From Candidatus Hodarchaeota archaeon (GTDB lineage: Archaea > Asgardarchaeota > Heimdallarchaeia > Hodarchaeales > Hodarchaeaceae): 64,000 nucleotides of DNA. Made by a program: the position numbers and the translations under genes. The notes beneath the pieces are model-generated. The model was given only the letters and a program-made list of their open reading frames with translations. It was not told the origin of the DNA and did not search any database. The stretch is taken from the NCBI GenBank assembly GCA_016839785.1, contig JAEOTQ010000034.1, positions 1,206 to 65,205 on the forward strand, read 5' to 3'. Shown here one piece after another: positions 38,324 through 47,362 of this stretch. Numbering within the stretch: the stretch's first letter is position 1; the number at the start of each line of letters is the position of its first letter.

Positions 38324-41191
38324 TCATACCATCCCTTTACCGATTTGGTCAAATATTTCTTCAAGTGTTCCTCTTACTCTTGGAGAATATAAATCTGATG
38401 AGAAACGAAGAAGGTTCAAATAAAATTCGTTTTGTGCCAAGAGGGAAAACCAACTGAGGGTAATAACTGTCTTCTTCAATGTCCAATCTTTGGTTTCCCA
38501 AAAATGCTTCATTGAACTATAATCACATTGAAAGTTGGGTACCACAGTCAAAATCCTGTAGATTTCATTACTGTCCGATTTTTCTGTCTCCACAACGATT
38601 CGTGTTCCGAAAAGAGTTTTCAATGATTTTACAGCTCTTTCATTTGTAAGATAACCCACTTCAATTGTAGGAATAGGTATATTGTTTTGAATGACTATTT
38701 TAACTTCCTGATCGGATTTAAATACTCCTTTTTCTACAAGTCTTCCAGAAGAACTGAAAACATCCGAGAGGAGGTCATAAGCATGTGCTTCTAGCACTTT
38801 AGCATAGCTCCGTAAAATATCGGATGTTGGAGAAATTTTAGTGATAGATTCTTTTAAAAAAGGATAATTCTGCTTCGTAACAAGAGCCTCTAAAACATCT
38901 GAATGTAAATTACTTGGTAGTGATCTGTATTTTGCATACAAATAGTACTGGCCTACATTTTTGAACTCAAAAAATTGATCTTTTTCAAAGCTTTGTTTGA
39001 TTGACTTCTGTATGTTCTTCATTGAATTGGAGGAAACCGAAATTAACTTAGCATCTTGATTAGTAAGATTTTTTCTGTTTATATTTAAGAAGTTACATGC
39101 TTGCATAAACCTCTTTGATAGCTCTTTTGAAAAACTCTTTAACTGCTTTTCTACTACTGAGGACACATTATTGTAGCTTTTTGTGACAGTAGCCTCCATT
39201 CTTTCCGTTATTTTTTGAAATTCTTTTTGAGTCTCAGCGATAAATTTCTGGTTCTTCAATACTTTATTAAATTCTTGTTCCTTTATATTTCCCTTATCAA
39301 ATTCTTTTGCACCATTTCTGATTTTTCTTAAATTTTCATTTAAACCCGAAATTAATTTATCAAAATCTGAAAGATTTTTTGTAAAAGCTGTATCAACTTC
39401 AGATATTGGCTTTGTAGTTAATTTTAAAGAGTGTAAGTTTGCTATTTTAATATTGTATCCTTTGGAAATAATTTTAGGTGCCAAAGACAAATATTTCAAG
39501 ATATTCTTGATCTCAACATCGAATTCTGATCGAAATGAAGATAATTTGTTCTTTAAAAATGTCTGTTCCTCTGTTAGATTCCTTACATTTGCTTCAATCA
39601 AAGACTGCATTAGCTCTTCTATTGTCAGCTGATTGCTCATAATTTTCTCCGAGGTGGAATTATCATCTGCAAATGCCAACGAAAAAGGAATCTTTGTTTT
39701 AATGCTTTCTAAATAGGAATAGACCTTGAAAATTCCATGGGAGATATGGAGGTCACGAGCTAAAATATCTAAGTTTGTATTCAGAGTTTCTAGTAAATTT
39801 GTTGGATTATCTTCATTGAAAGCTAATTCGGATATTACAGCATTTACACCAAAAGCAAGGGAGGAAAAGAGTGCACGATAGAATGGAAGCACATCACTGG
39901 CTTTTTTCACCGTAAAAGTGAGCGGAGATAATTTCGTGCCACTTAATTTGTACTTAGTCATCATTTTTTCGATAGTACTAAAATGAGAGGGTGGAATTTC
40001 ATCCTTCATGTCAGGTAATACATCTAAAATATCTATTTTAGTTTCATTACTGATTAATTTGAATACAATTTGCATATACTTCCATGCAGAAGGAGTTAAG
40101 CCTGCAGAGAATTCATCACAGAAGTATCTTATATAAGGAATTAGTAATTTAGCAAAAATCTCATCATCAATCATCTTTTCCGCTATACGTGAAAGAGTTC
40201 CCCCGATGTCATAGTTTTCGTTTATCCGTGTCGTTAGGTTATTGATTTCGGTTTCAAATGACCCAATCTGAGGTTCAGCTAAAAAGAGAATTGGATACTC
40301 ACTGAGGTATTTGCGAAAGATTGCATCTTCAATCTGAGACCGTAGATTCTTCTTTGTAACTTCATGAAGGGAAAAGTCTTCAAGAAATAAAGTGAGATCG
40401 TTTTCTTCGAAATCACGGATTACTTGATGCAATGCTTCATCAAACTTTAAATTGCTTATATTCTTTTCTACATACTTTTTTACTTCTTTAGAGAGAGACC
40501 CTGCTTTAGAATACATTACGACTGAATGAGGATATTCACTTACAAGAAATTCTGTTAGTTCCGTAATGAATTGGTCTAGAAATTTCGTTCTATTGATTTG
40601 GATTGTTGGTACTACCTCATGGAATTTTCCTTTGAGATTAGAAATTTTTACTAAAGACCTAGAATATTCGTAATCGCTGATAGACTTTTCCATGCTTTCT
40701 GTAAGCGATTGACTAAAGAGATTATCATTATGGGGGATTGAGACCTTCTTACGAGCTTTCTTAATACTACTAAGAAAAAAATCTATAACATCTGAGACAC
40801 TAAATGCTGTAAATTCCTTCTCTGCACGTTCAACAAGATCAGTCTTTAGGGTCTCTTCAGCAAAAATTGTTACTAACTGTTCATAATAATCGACAAGAAC
40901 TGGCGCTACTGTTACATGTTGACGAGAGATAAGTAGGAACTGGCCAACAAGCTCAAAATTTGAGGTTTTTACCAGAAATCTTCCTGTTTTATTGTTATGG
41001 CTACCACCAACGAAACGGCTGGTATCACCACCAATTTCTCCACCCAACATCTGTTGTACAGCTGTTAAACCCCCTGTATACACCTGTTCATCAACAGATT
41101 TTAATCCAGGTTGTCCTAAAGAAACTAAGCTTAATCCTGATAGCGAGGCGAGTGAAACCCATGCAACTGGTTGAAAATCAAGATCTGTCAA
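38324..41191 (-). CDS. Large hypothetical protein (955 aa); N-terminal ~100 aa possibly Roadblock/longin-like, remainder predicted helical
   Basis: N-terminus VAWVSLASLSGLSLVSLGQPGL..DEQVYTGGLTAVQQMLGGEIG...GRFLVKTSNFELVGQFLLI has the alternating pattern of small regulatory alpha/beta domains. No enzymatic motif. Confidence 0.45.
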   Translation of the reverse strand: MTDLDFQPVAWVSLASLSGLSLVSLGQPGLKSVDEQVYTGGLTAVQQMLGGEIGGDTSRFVGGSHNNKTGRFLVKTSNFELVGQFLLISRQHVTVAPVLVDYYEQLVTIFAEETLKTDLVERAEKEFTAFSVSDVIDFFLSSIKKARKKVSIPHNDNLFSQSLTESMEKSISDYEYSRSLVKISNLKGKFHEVVPTIQINRTKFLDQFITELTEFLVSEYPHSVVMYSKAGSLSKEVKKYVEKNISNLKFDEALHQVIRDFEENDLTLFLEDFSLHEVTKKNLRSQIEDAIFRKYLSEYPILFLAEPQIGSFETEINNLTTRINENYDIGGTLSRIAEKMIDDEIFAKLLIPYIRYFCDEFSAGLTPSAWKYMQIVFKLISNETKIDILDVLPDMKDEIPPSHFSTIEKMMTKYKLSGTKLSPLTFTVKKASDVLPFYRALFSSLAFGVNAVISELAFNEDNPTNLLETLNTNLDILARDLHISHGIFKVYSYLESIKTKIPFSLAFADDNSTSEKIMSNQLTIEELMQSLIEANVRNLTEEQTFLKNKLSSFRSEFDVEIKNILKYLSLAPKIISKGYNIKIANLHSLKLTTKPISEVDTAFTKNLSDFDKLISGLNENLRKIRNGAKEFDKGNIKEQEFNKVLKNQKFIAETQKEFQKITERMEATVTKSYNNVSSVVEKQLKSFSKELSKRFMQACNFLNINRKNLTNQDAKLISVSSNSMKNIQKSIKQSFEKDQFFEFKNVGQYYLYAKYRSLPSNLHSDVLEALVTKQNYPFLKESITKISPTSDILRSYAKVLEAHAYDLLSDVFSSSGRLVEKGVFKSDQEVKIVIQNNIPIPTIEVGYLTNERAVKSLKTLFGTRIVVETEKSDSNEIYRILTVVPNFQCDYSSMKHFWETKDWTLKKTVITLSWFSLLAQNEFYLNLLRFSSDLYSPRVRGTLEEIFDQIGKGMV

Positions 41192-41358
41192 AATTGTAAC
41201 ACCTTTAGAGATTCAAGAAAGTTTTCGAGGAAGTCAAAAAATCTTGTACTGAATCTGTTAGCAATATTATAAATATAAATCCCGTACCTAATACATAGGT
41301 AGAAAAATGAATTTAGTGATATTTTCCCTACTCCAAGAAATCTTTGGTGTAAAGTCGG

Positions 41359-41760
41359 ATGTTTAGAAAGAAACTACGTGAAATGCTCCATCTCATGGGT
41401 GTAGTGGATATCGATGACGAAATTCTTGATAATCTTCAAAGACAGCTATTTCAATTTCTCGAATTCGATGATTCTCTCGCTGGGGGGATTACTTTCAAGA
41501 CAGGAAGTATCATTACCACGTTACAGGTTCAGAATTATCAAGAAATCAAGGAAACTATCTCAAATAAGTACGAGATTGGGGAAGCACCAGGGAAAATGAA
41601 TTTACGTCTCACTATGTCAAGTTTTTGCCTTTATTTAACTGAGGAAAGAAAATGTCAAATTACAGATGATAAATGCCCCTTTGAAGTCGGAACTCGTTGG
41701 TGGGAATGTGAAATTGTTCAAGCCTCTTGTTTACCGACTGATGAAGAGGAATGGAAGTAA
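41359..41760 (+). CDS. Hypothetical protein with a Cys-containing C-terminus
   Basis: 133-aa ORF occupying the gap between two minus-strand genes. No recognisable domain. Confidence 0.35.
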   Translation: MFRKKLREMLHLMGVVDIDDEILDNLQRQLFQFLEFDDSLAGGITFKTGSIITTLQVQNYQEIKETISNKYEIGEAPGKMNLRLTMSSFCLYLTEERKCQITDDKCPFEVGTRWWECEIVQASCLPTDEEEWK

Positions 41761-41775
41761 ACGGTCATTAATCTT

Positions 41776-42306
41776 CTATTCTTTCTCGGTAGGCCTCGGT
41801 AAATCTTGTACTATCGCCTGTAATAATAAAGACATTCCCGAGTTATTCTGAGGGGACATGGTGTAAATTATGAGATTATTCTCGACAACTAAATTTTTTA
41901 AATATTTGGGAGGTTTCTCTTTTTCTCCTTTTGATCTATTTCCAACCAGAAGAACCCTTAAGGAAGGATTAGACTCTCGAATAGTTGAAAAAACCTGATT
42001 AACATACGTGTGTGACTCTTTATCCTTATAGTCAAAAACCAATACTGTTACTGCTGTATTATGCAGAAAGTCCTTTATTTGGTACTCCAAACTATTAGAT
42101 ACGTCCCAGAATTGGAGATAGTAATTATACTTTTGATATTCTAATTCTAAATTGTAATAGTAAATTCCGAGAGTAGGTACATATTCTGTTTCGACATTTG
42201 AAGCAACTAGTCTTCTAATTATCGAGGTTTTTCCTACTCCCTGCTTTCCAAGGAATACAATTTTGTAATATGGATCAAATCCATTTGTTTGTGTCGGGGA
42301 AGACAA
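41776..42306 (-). CDS. Ras-like small GTPase homologue with degenerate G3/G4/G5 motifs
   Basis: G1 GKQGVGKT is intact. G3 is WDVSNS instead of DxxGQ, G4 is GNRSKG instead of NKxD, and no SAK-type G5 is present. TTG start. Confidence 0.6.
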   Translation of the reverse strand: MSSPTQTNGFDPYYKIVFLGKQGVGKTSIIRRLVASNVETEYVPTLGIYYYNLELEYQKYNYYLQFWDVSNSLEYQIKDFLHNTAVTVLVFDYKDKESHTYVNQVFSTIRESNPSLRVLLVGNRSKGEKEKPPKYLKNLVVENNLIIYTMSPQNNSGMSLLLQAIVQDLPRPTEKE

Positions 42307-42322
42307 AAAAATTCACACGCTA

Positions 42323-43300
42323 CTAGAGTATTTCCGATTTAAATAAGATTTGACGTTGATCTGATTTTCTCTCTTCGGTCCACAATTTAAACGGGATAGT
42401 TCTGGTTTTTTCACCTTCTCTGATAACAATCCCTTGATATTTCTTCATTATTTGCTTTGATACCCACGAAAATCCTTGAGCTACAATATAAATGCTTGAA
42501 ATCCCTTTAAATTCATCTAATGTTTGATTCAATATTGGACTTACAATTTTACCTATATCATTAGCATCCACAGTTCCTTGCATGCAGAAAATCCAGATCA
42601 TCATGCCTTGATGGTCATATGCGATAAGATCAAATGGCCCGGTTTCAACTAATGCTCCAGATGGCTGAATAAAGACAATATCTCCAATATTTTCAGAGTA
42701 AACTGTAAATCTTAAAGCAATTCCGCCTTCGATAGAAGGATCTCGTCCAACAAGTATAGCGTAAAGAATTTCAATAAATTTTGGTTGTAAACTGGCAAGC
42801 GTAAGTAAAATTTCTTCTCTATCTCCAGACAGGTTTGAGATGATTGTCTCACTTATCCCATACTCCCGTGCGAAATTGCTGATAACCTGTGGTGATAATC
42901 CAGATATATGTCGGATTTCATCAATTAATGAACGATGAAAGGTACTTACAGATTTTGTGTCGTATAACATTGATAGAGATTTGAGAGACTCTAGATCTTT
43001 TTTAGGAGTAAATCTTTTTTTATAGGAGAGACGACTGGTATGAGACCGATTCTTCAAAGAGAAGCGAGCTTGAAGCATACTGATTTCATCAAGAGATTTC
43101 GTAACCAGAGGTGTGCTACAATCTACACAAGAATATGAGATATTATTCGTGGTTGAGTAATGTTGAATAACTCCTACATCACAGAAAAAAGCTTTCCTGC
43201 ATGTAGAGCAGTAGTTAGCATTGAATTTATCTGATATATCTCGACTTGGCCCCCCCTCAAAGACACACGGTCTACAATTACTATCACAATGAACTTTCAA
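42323..43300 (-). CDS. Cys-rich (multi-CxxC zinc-ribbon) N-terminal domain protein with an uncharacterised C-terminal alpha/beta domain
   Basis: HCDSNCRPC, CSTCRKAFFC and CVDCS clusters. It lies 16 nt upstream of the degenerate GTPase gene on the same strand. Confidence 0.45.
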   Translation of the reverse strand: MKVHCDSNCRPCVFEGGPSRDISDKFNANYCSTCRKAFFCDVGVIQHYSTTNNISYSCVDCSTPLVTKSLDEISMLQARFSLKNRSHTSRLSYKKRFTPKKDLESLKSLSMLYDTKSVSTFHRSLIDEIRHISGLSPQVISNFAREYGISETIISNLSGDREEILLTLASLQPKFIEILYAILVGRDPSIEGGIALRFTVYSENIGDIVFIQPSGALVETGPFDLIAYDHQGMMIWIFCMQGTVDANDIGKIVSPILNQTLDEFKGISSIYIVAQGFSWVSKQIMKKYQGIVIREGEKTRTIPFKLWTEERKSDQRQILFKSEIL

Positions 43301-43542
43301 GGTTCGAACACCTTAACTAACTAGTGGAGGAAGGGTTATTTCGTAATTCTCTCACTACTAGGCTCTTCTAGGTTCTGTTATTTAAAAAGATTGTGATTCA
43401 AATATCACCCAATTGATACCTAGCGCAAGTGTAGCTCTTTAGATCATTCTCTGAGGTGCAAAACCCTTTTTATTTACAGGATAAATTTATAATTTCATCA
43501 ATATTCCTCTCAATTACAGGTATCCCAAGGGATTGATTAAAA

Positions 43543-43971
43543 ATGGAATATATAAAACAAAAACCCCAATACAGTTTTCTAATTCGATTATTAAAAGGAG
43601 AAGATATTCTTCTCTCATTACAAAAATTTTGCGAGAAATTTACTGATATAAGTGCTGGATCGATAAAAGGAATTGGTGCTGTATCTCAAGTGAAATATGG
43701 GTTTTTTGATGGAGAAAAATATCTGGAGAATGTTCTGGAAGAGAATTTGGAAGTATTATCGATCATTGGTAACATTGCTGAAGGTCAGATCGTCCATCTT
43801 CATGGAATATTTGGTAAAGCTGATGGAACATGTATTGGAGGACATATTTTACCAGGGTGTATTATTTCGGTTACCTGTGAACTTACAGTCACGGTGTTCG
43901 AACCTAAAGTAATTCGTAAGTTAGATCCCGAAACCAACTTGAAATTACTATCTTTACCAGAAAAAATGTGA
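43543..43971 (+). CDS. PPC (DUF296) domain protein
   Basis: RL..GEDIL..L..F.......GSIKGIGAVS.V..G......Y....L...LEVLS..GNI....VHLHG.F....G...GGHIL.G fits the PPC/DUF296 pattern. Confidence 0.55.
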   Translation: MEYIKQKPQYSFLIRLLKGEDILLSLQKFCEKFTDISAGSIKGIGAVSQVKYGFFDGEKYLENVLEENLEVLSIIGNIAEGQIVHLHGIFGKADGTCIGGHILPGCIISVTCELTVTVFEPKVIRKLDPETNLKLLSLPEKM

Positions 43972-44003
43972 AATTTGATCAACCAAAAATAGGAGAAAGC
44001 AGG

Positions 44004-44360
44004 ATGAGAGAAATAATTCAAACAGGAAGCGTCGCTGGACCGTATTCTCCAGCAATAGTAGCTACAGGTACAAAATTTATATTTATTTCAGGACAATTAG
44101 CCACTGATCTTGATACAAATATCGTAGTCCAAACACAACAGATAATGAAGAAGATTGAAAAATTATTAGAAAACGCAGGATCTTATATGAGTGACATTGT
44201 AAAAACAACCATATATCTTACGGATATTGAGGATTTCAAGTCCGTTAATGAGGAATATGCAAAATCTTTCCCAAGTGATCCACCAACACGAGTAACACTA
44301 CAAGCGGCAGCATTACCATTAAATGCGGGTTTAATGATAGAGGCCATTGCTATTCGTTGA
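44004..44360 (+). CDS. ridA: RidA/YjgF/TdcF-family reactive-intermediate deaminase
   Basis: GPYSPAIVATGTKFIFISGQ...DIVKTTIYLTDIEDF..VNEEY...P.R..LQAAALP...LMIEAIA. ATG at 44004 lies 8 nt after AGGAG; the track's GTG at 43968 is less likely. Confidence 0.8.
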   Translation: MREIIQTGSVAGPYSPAIVATGTKFIFISGQLATDLDTNIVVQTQQIMKKIEKLLENAGSYMSDIVKTTIYLTDIEDFKSVNEEYAKSFPSDPPTRVTLQAAALPLNAGLMIEAIAIR

Positions 44361-44686
44361 AAAATTGCATTTAGAAGTAAACTAGTCAAATTATATAAAG
44401 GATTAATCTTCTAAAGCAATTTATGGAGAATTAGGAATGATTTGCCAATGAGACAAACCATTCCTGCTCTGTAACCTAAAGATAAAAATCTTTAGTAACT
44501 CTTAAACCAGAGCTATTAAGAAACGATTCAGGTGGACCCAGAAAATGAATCGTGTATGTTCTTAGATATTAACGTTCTTAAATAAAATGATTGTGGCAAA
44601 TCAAAAAACTAATATTGTCACCAACTTTTCGTACGATCGGAATTTCACCCAAGGAAGATCGCTTCAACTTTCTAATCATTGTAATT

Positions 44687-46045
44687 TCACTTCCCCAACT
44701 TTTTACTTGCAATATTGGCAGCTATCAGTATCGGATCCCATACTGGAGCAAATGGAGGCGCGTACGCCAAATCCAAAGCCTGAATATCTTCAATTTTCAT
44801 TTTTGCAGACAGGGCAGTTGCTATAATATCAATTTTTTTTGCTCCTAGGGCAGTACGAGCAGTTATTTCCGATCCCAACAAAAGATGACTTTTTGAGTCA
44901 AATACTAAAAGAATAGACATCTTCTTTGTACCCATATAATGAGCAATCTCATTATTTTCGATTAATACAGATTCTGCATCGTATCCCAAATCTGCAGCCT
45001 GTTCTAAAGTAATTCCTGTTCTAGCACAAAAAAGGTCAAGAACCTTGAAGATTGACGTTCCAACTATTCCTGGATAAAAATCAACCTCTTTTCCTGCAAT
45101 TATTGAGCCAGCCAGACGTCCCTGCTTATTTGCTGCAGGAGCTAAAGGATAATAAACATGCTGCTTTAAAATTTGATGGTACGTCGCAATACAATCGCCA
45201 GCTGCATAAACATCTGAAATGTTCGTTTTCATATATTCATCTGTTAAGATTGCTCCATTAGATAACATCCTCAGCCCTTTATTCTGAAAAATGTCAGTTG
45301 CAGGTGAAACACCAATAGATATTTGCAGTAAATCTGTTTCTAGTGCGGAATCGTCTTCAAGATGAATTTTAATCTTTTTCGCGGTTAGAGCTTCCAGTCG
45401 AACTACTTTTTTTCCAAGGATAGGTTTTACTCCATGGGATTTCAGCTCTTTAAGAATATAATCTTGGCTTTGTGATCGGAAAACAAGACGAGGGCCAATT
45501 ATAGAGATATCATTAATACTTTGTGCTTTATATGCCTCAAGCATCTCTAATCCTATGTAACCTGCTCCGATAATTGCTACAGATTGAATCTTTTGTTCAG
45601 GTGACTTTAAAATTGTCCTTAATCTTTCTGCATGACTTAAATTATGCACATAGAAAATTCTCTCATGATCAAGACTTAACTCAGGGAAGGAGGTTGCGTG
45701 TGCACCTGTAGCGATAATCAACCTATCATAAGAGCGTTTGAACTCAGATTTTGACTTCTTATTTAAAATCGTTAAAGTTTTTGAACCAAAGTCAATGTTA
45801 ATTACCTCGTTCATCAAATGAACAGGTATCTTGCGTTTTTTTTCAACTTTTTCAGGTGTAAGTGTAATCAAATTTTCTAGATTTTTCACTTCATCTGAAA
45901 CGTAATATGGGATACCACAAGATCCATATGATATATACTGATCTTTTTCGTAAACATCTATCATCCAATCTTGATGAATTCTCCGGATAGCACTAGCTGC
46001 ACTTAAACCAGCTGCATTTCCTCCAATTACGACTATCTCCATCAT
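44687..46045 (-). CDS. NADH oxidase / CoA-disulfide reductase-family flavoprotein
   Basis: VVIGGNAAG, single redox Cys in SYGSCGIPYY, NAD site IIGAGYIGLE, and AAGDC. Confidence 0.75.
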   Translation of the reverse strand: MMEIVVIGGNAAGLSAASAIRRIHQDWMIDVYEKDQYISYGSCGIPYYVSDEVKNLENLITLTPEKVEKKRKIPVHLMNEVINIDFGSKTLTILNKKSKSEFKRSYDRLIIATGAHATSFPELSLDHERIFYVHNLSHAERLRTILKSPEQKIQSVAIIGAGYIGLEMLEAYKAQSINDISIIGPRLVFRSQSQDYILKELKSHGVKPILGKKVVRLEALTAKKIKIHLEDDSALETDLLQISIGVSPATDIFQNKGLRMLSNGAILTDEYMKTNISDVYAAGDCIATYHQILKQHVYYPLAPAANKQGRLAGSIIAGKEVDFYPGIVGTSIFKVLDLFCARTGITLEQAADLGYDAESVLIENNEIAHYMGTKKMSILLVFDSKSHLLLGSEITARTALGAKKIDIIATALSAKMKIEDIQALDLAYAPPFAPVWDPILIAANIASKKLGK

Positions 46046-46054
46046 CTTTCTCTT

Positions 46055-46786
46055 CTATGGTTCGATTGTGAAATATAAGCGCCTATTATTCTTTCCTTTA
46101 TTCACAAGTTTTTTTATCTTTATATTGCCAATTTCCTTAAGAGATTTGACATGACAACCACCATCAGGTTGTCTATCAAAATTTTTGATATCTACAATCC
46201 TCAATTCCTGAATATTCTTGGGTAAACCCATTGCAAGTTTAGTTAAATCGGGATCTTCCTCAACACTCCTCCTATCAAGAGTGTACACATCTACAGAATA
46301 GTCCTTTATTATGATTTTATTGGAATTTTCAACTTCTTGTTCAATCAGTGCACGATCAAAATTTTCAAGGTTAAAATCTATTCTTCCTTGATCTATTGAG
46401 ATTTCATTGCCTGTAATTTTAGCCTTCAAATTATGATAAAAAGCACCAGACAAAACATGCGCAGCGGTGTGGTATCGCATCAATGTGTAACGCCGTTTCC
46501 AGTCAATTTTTCCTATTATTTTATCACCGACTTTTAATCCAGGCTTATCTACTTCATGAGATATTTTGCCACTGAATTTGCCAACATAAACAACATTAAA
46601 CTCATCATTGTCACGGATAAGTATCCCTTGATCGTTAGCTACTCCCCCAGATTTAGGATAAAAAGCTGTTTGATTAAGCACAATAAATTTATCCTCATTT
46701 ACAGAAACCACTTCTGCCTCAAACTCTTTTTGAAACATATCCGTGAGATAAATTGCTTCGTCCATTTTAAATTGTTCTCCAGTCAA
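46055..46786 (-). CDS. alaX: Alanyl-tRNA editing protein AlaX (AlaX-M type)
   Basis: Editing-domain zinc motifs MRYHTAAHVL (HxxxH) and DGGCHV. Confidence 0.8.
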   Translation of the reverse strand: MTGEQFKMDEAIYLTDMFQKEFEAEVVSVNEDKFIVLNQTAFYPKSGGVANDQGILIRDNDEFNVVYVGKFSGKISHEVDKPGLKVGDKIIGKIDWKRRYTLMRYHTAAHVLSGAFYHNLKAKITGNEISIDQGRIDFNLENFDRALIEQEVENSNKIIIKDYSVDVYTLDRRSVEEDPDLTKLAMGLPKNIQELRIVDIKNFDRQPDGGCHVKSLKEIGNIKIKKLVNKGKNNRRLYFTIEP

Positions 46787-46801
46787 TATATTCTATTTTA
46801 A

Positions 46802-47254
46802 TTACAAATACACCGAAATAGACAGACATAGTAATCCTATCCCTACGAGCTTAAAAAATAAATTCCCCCAAAACGAATCCCATCCGAGATTTGTTATTGA
46901 AAGATGGAAAAAACCCAGCCAGATGCCACCCGAATTGAATGCATCAACGAATGCGTGAATGAAAAATGCTCCAAATGATGAAATAATAGCAATTTGTAAT
47001 AATGGAGAATCAGGTAGGTAGAAACATAAGAAAATTGGAAGTCCATACAGTAAATTATGTGACAGCTTACCACGGTGAGGAATAACTTGATTGAATGTAT
47101 ATTTAGCGATTTTCTGATCATAATCAGGTAAACGAGAAAAAAATGGTGCTAAAATAAATGACCCAACTCCCCATAAGCCGAGGGGTACCTGAAGATAAGC
47201 CAAAGTAATACTAACAAGTCCTACTCCAAAGAGGGTGTGAGTTAATCCTTTCAT
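46802..47254 (-). CDS. Membrane-bound metal-dependent hydrolase-like protein (YdjM/DUF457 family)
   Basis: MKGLTHTLFGVGL N-terminus, four hydrophobic segments, conserved His/Asp positions. Confidence 0.5.
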   Translation of the reverse strand: MKGLTHTLFGVGLVSITLAYLQVPLGLWGVGSFILAPFFSRLPDYDQKIAKYTFNQVIPHRGKLSHNLLYGLPIFLCFYLPDSPLLQIAIISSFGAFFIHAFVDAFNSGGIWLGFFHLSITNLGWDSFWGNLFFKLVGIGLLCLSISVYL

Positions 47255-47362
47255 TTCAAATCACTTAATTTATAGGAGTATAAAAATATCTCTCTTGTCA
47301 CAATAATGAGTGAAGTATTTTTGATCACAGAATTTAAATCCTATTTTTTGTAGTGGGACCCG

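Noticed and set aside
44361-44848. 326-bp spacer after ridA and the two small plus-strand ORFs (44587-44826, 44591-44848), checked for tRNA, C/D-box sRNA or small genes
   Set aside because: No GC-rich cloverleaf-like segment and no RUGAUGA...CUGA box pairs were found. The ORFs run antisense into the 3' end of the NADH-oxidase gene and look spurious.
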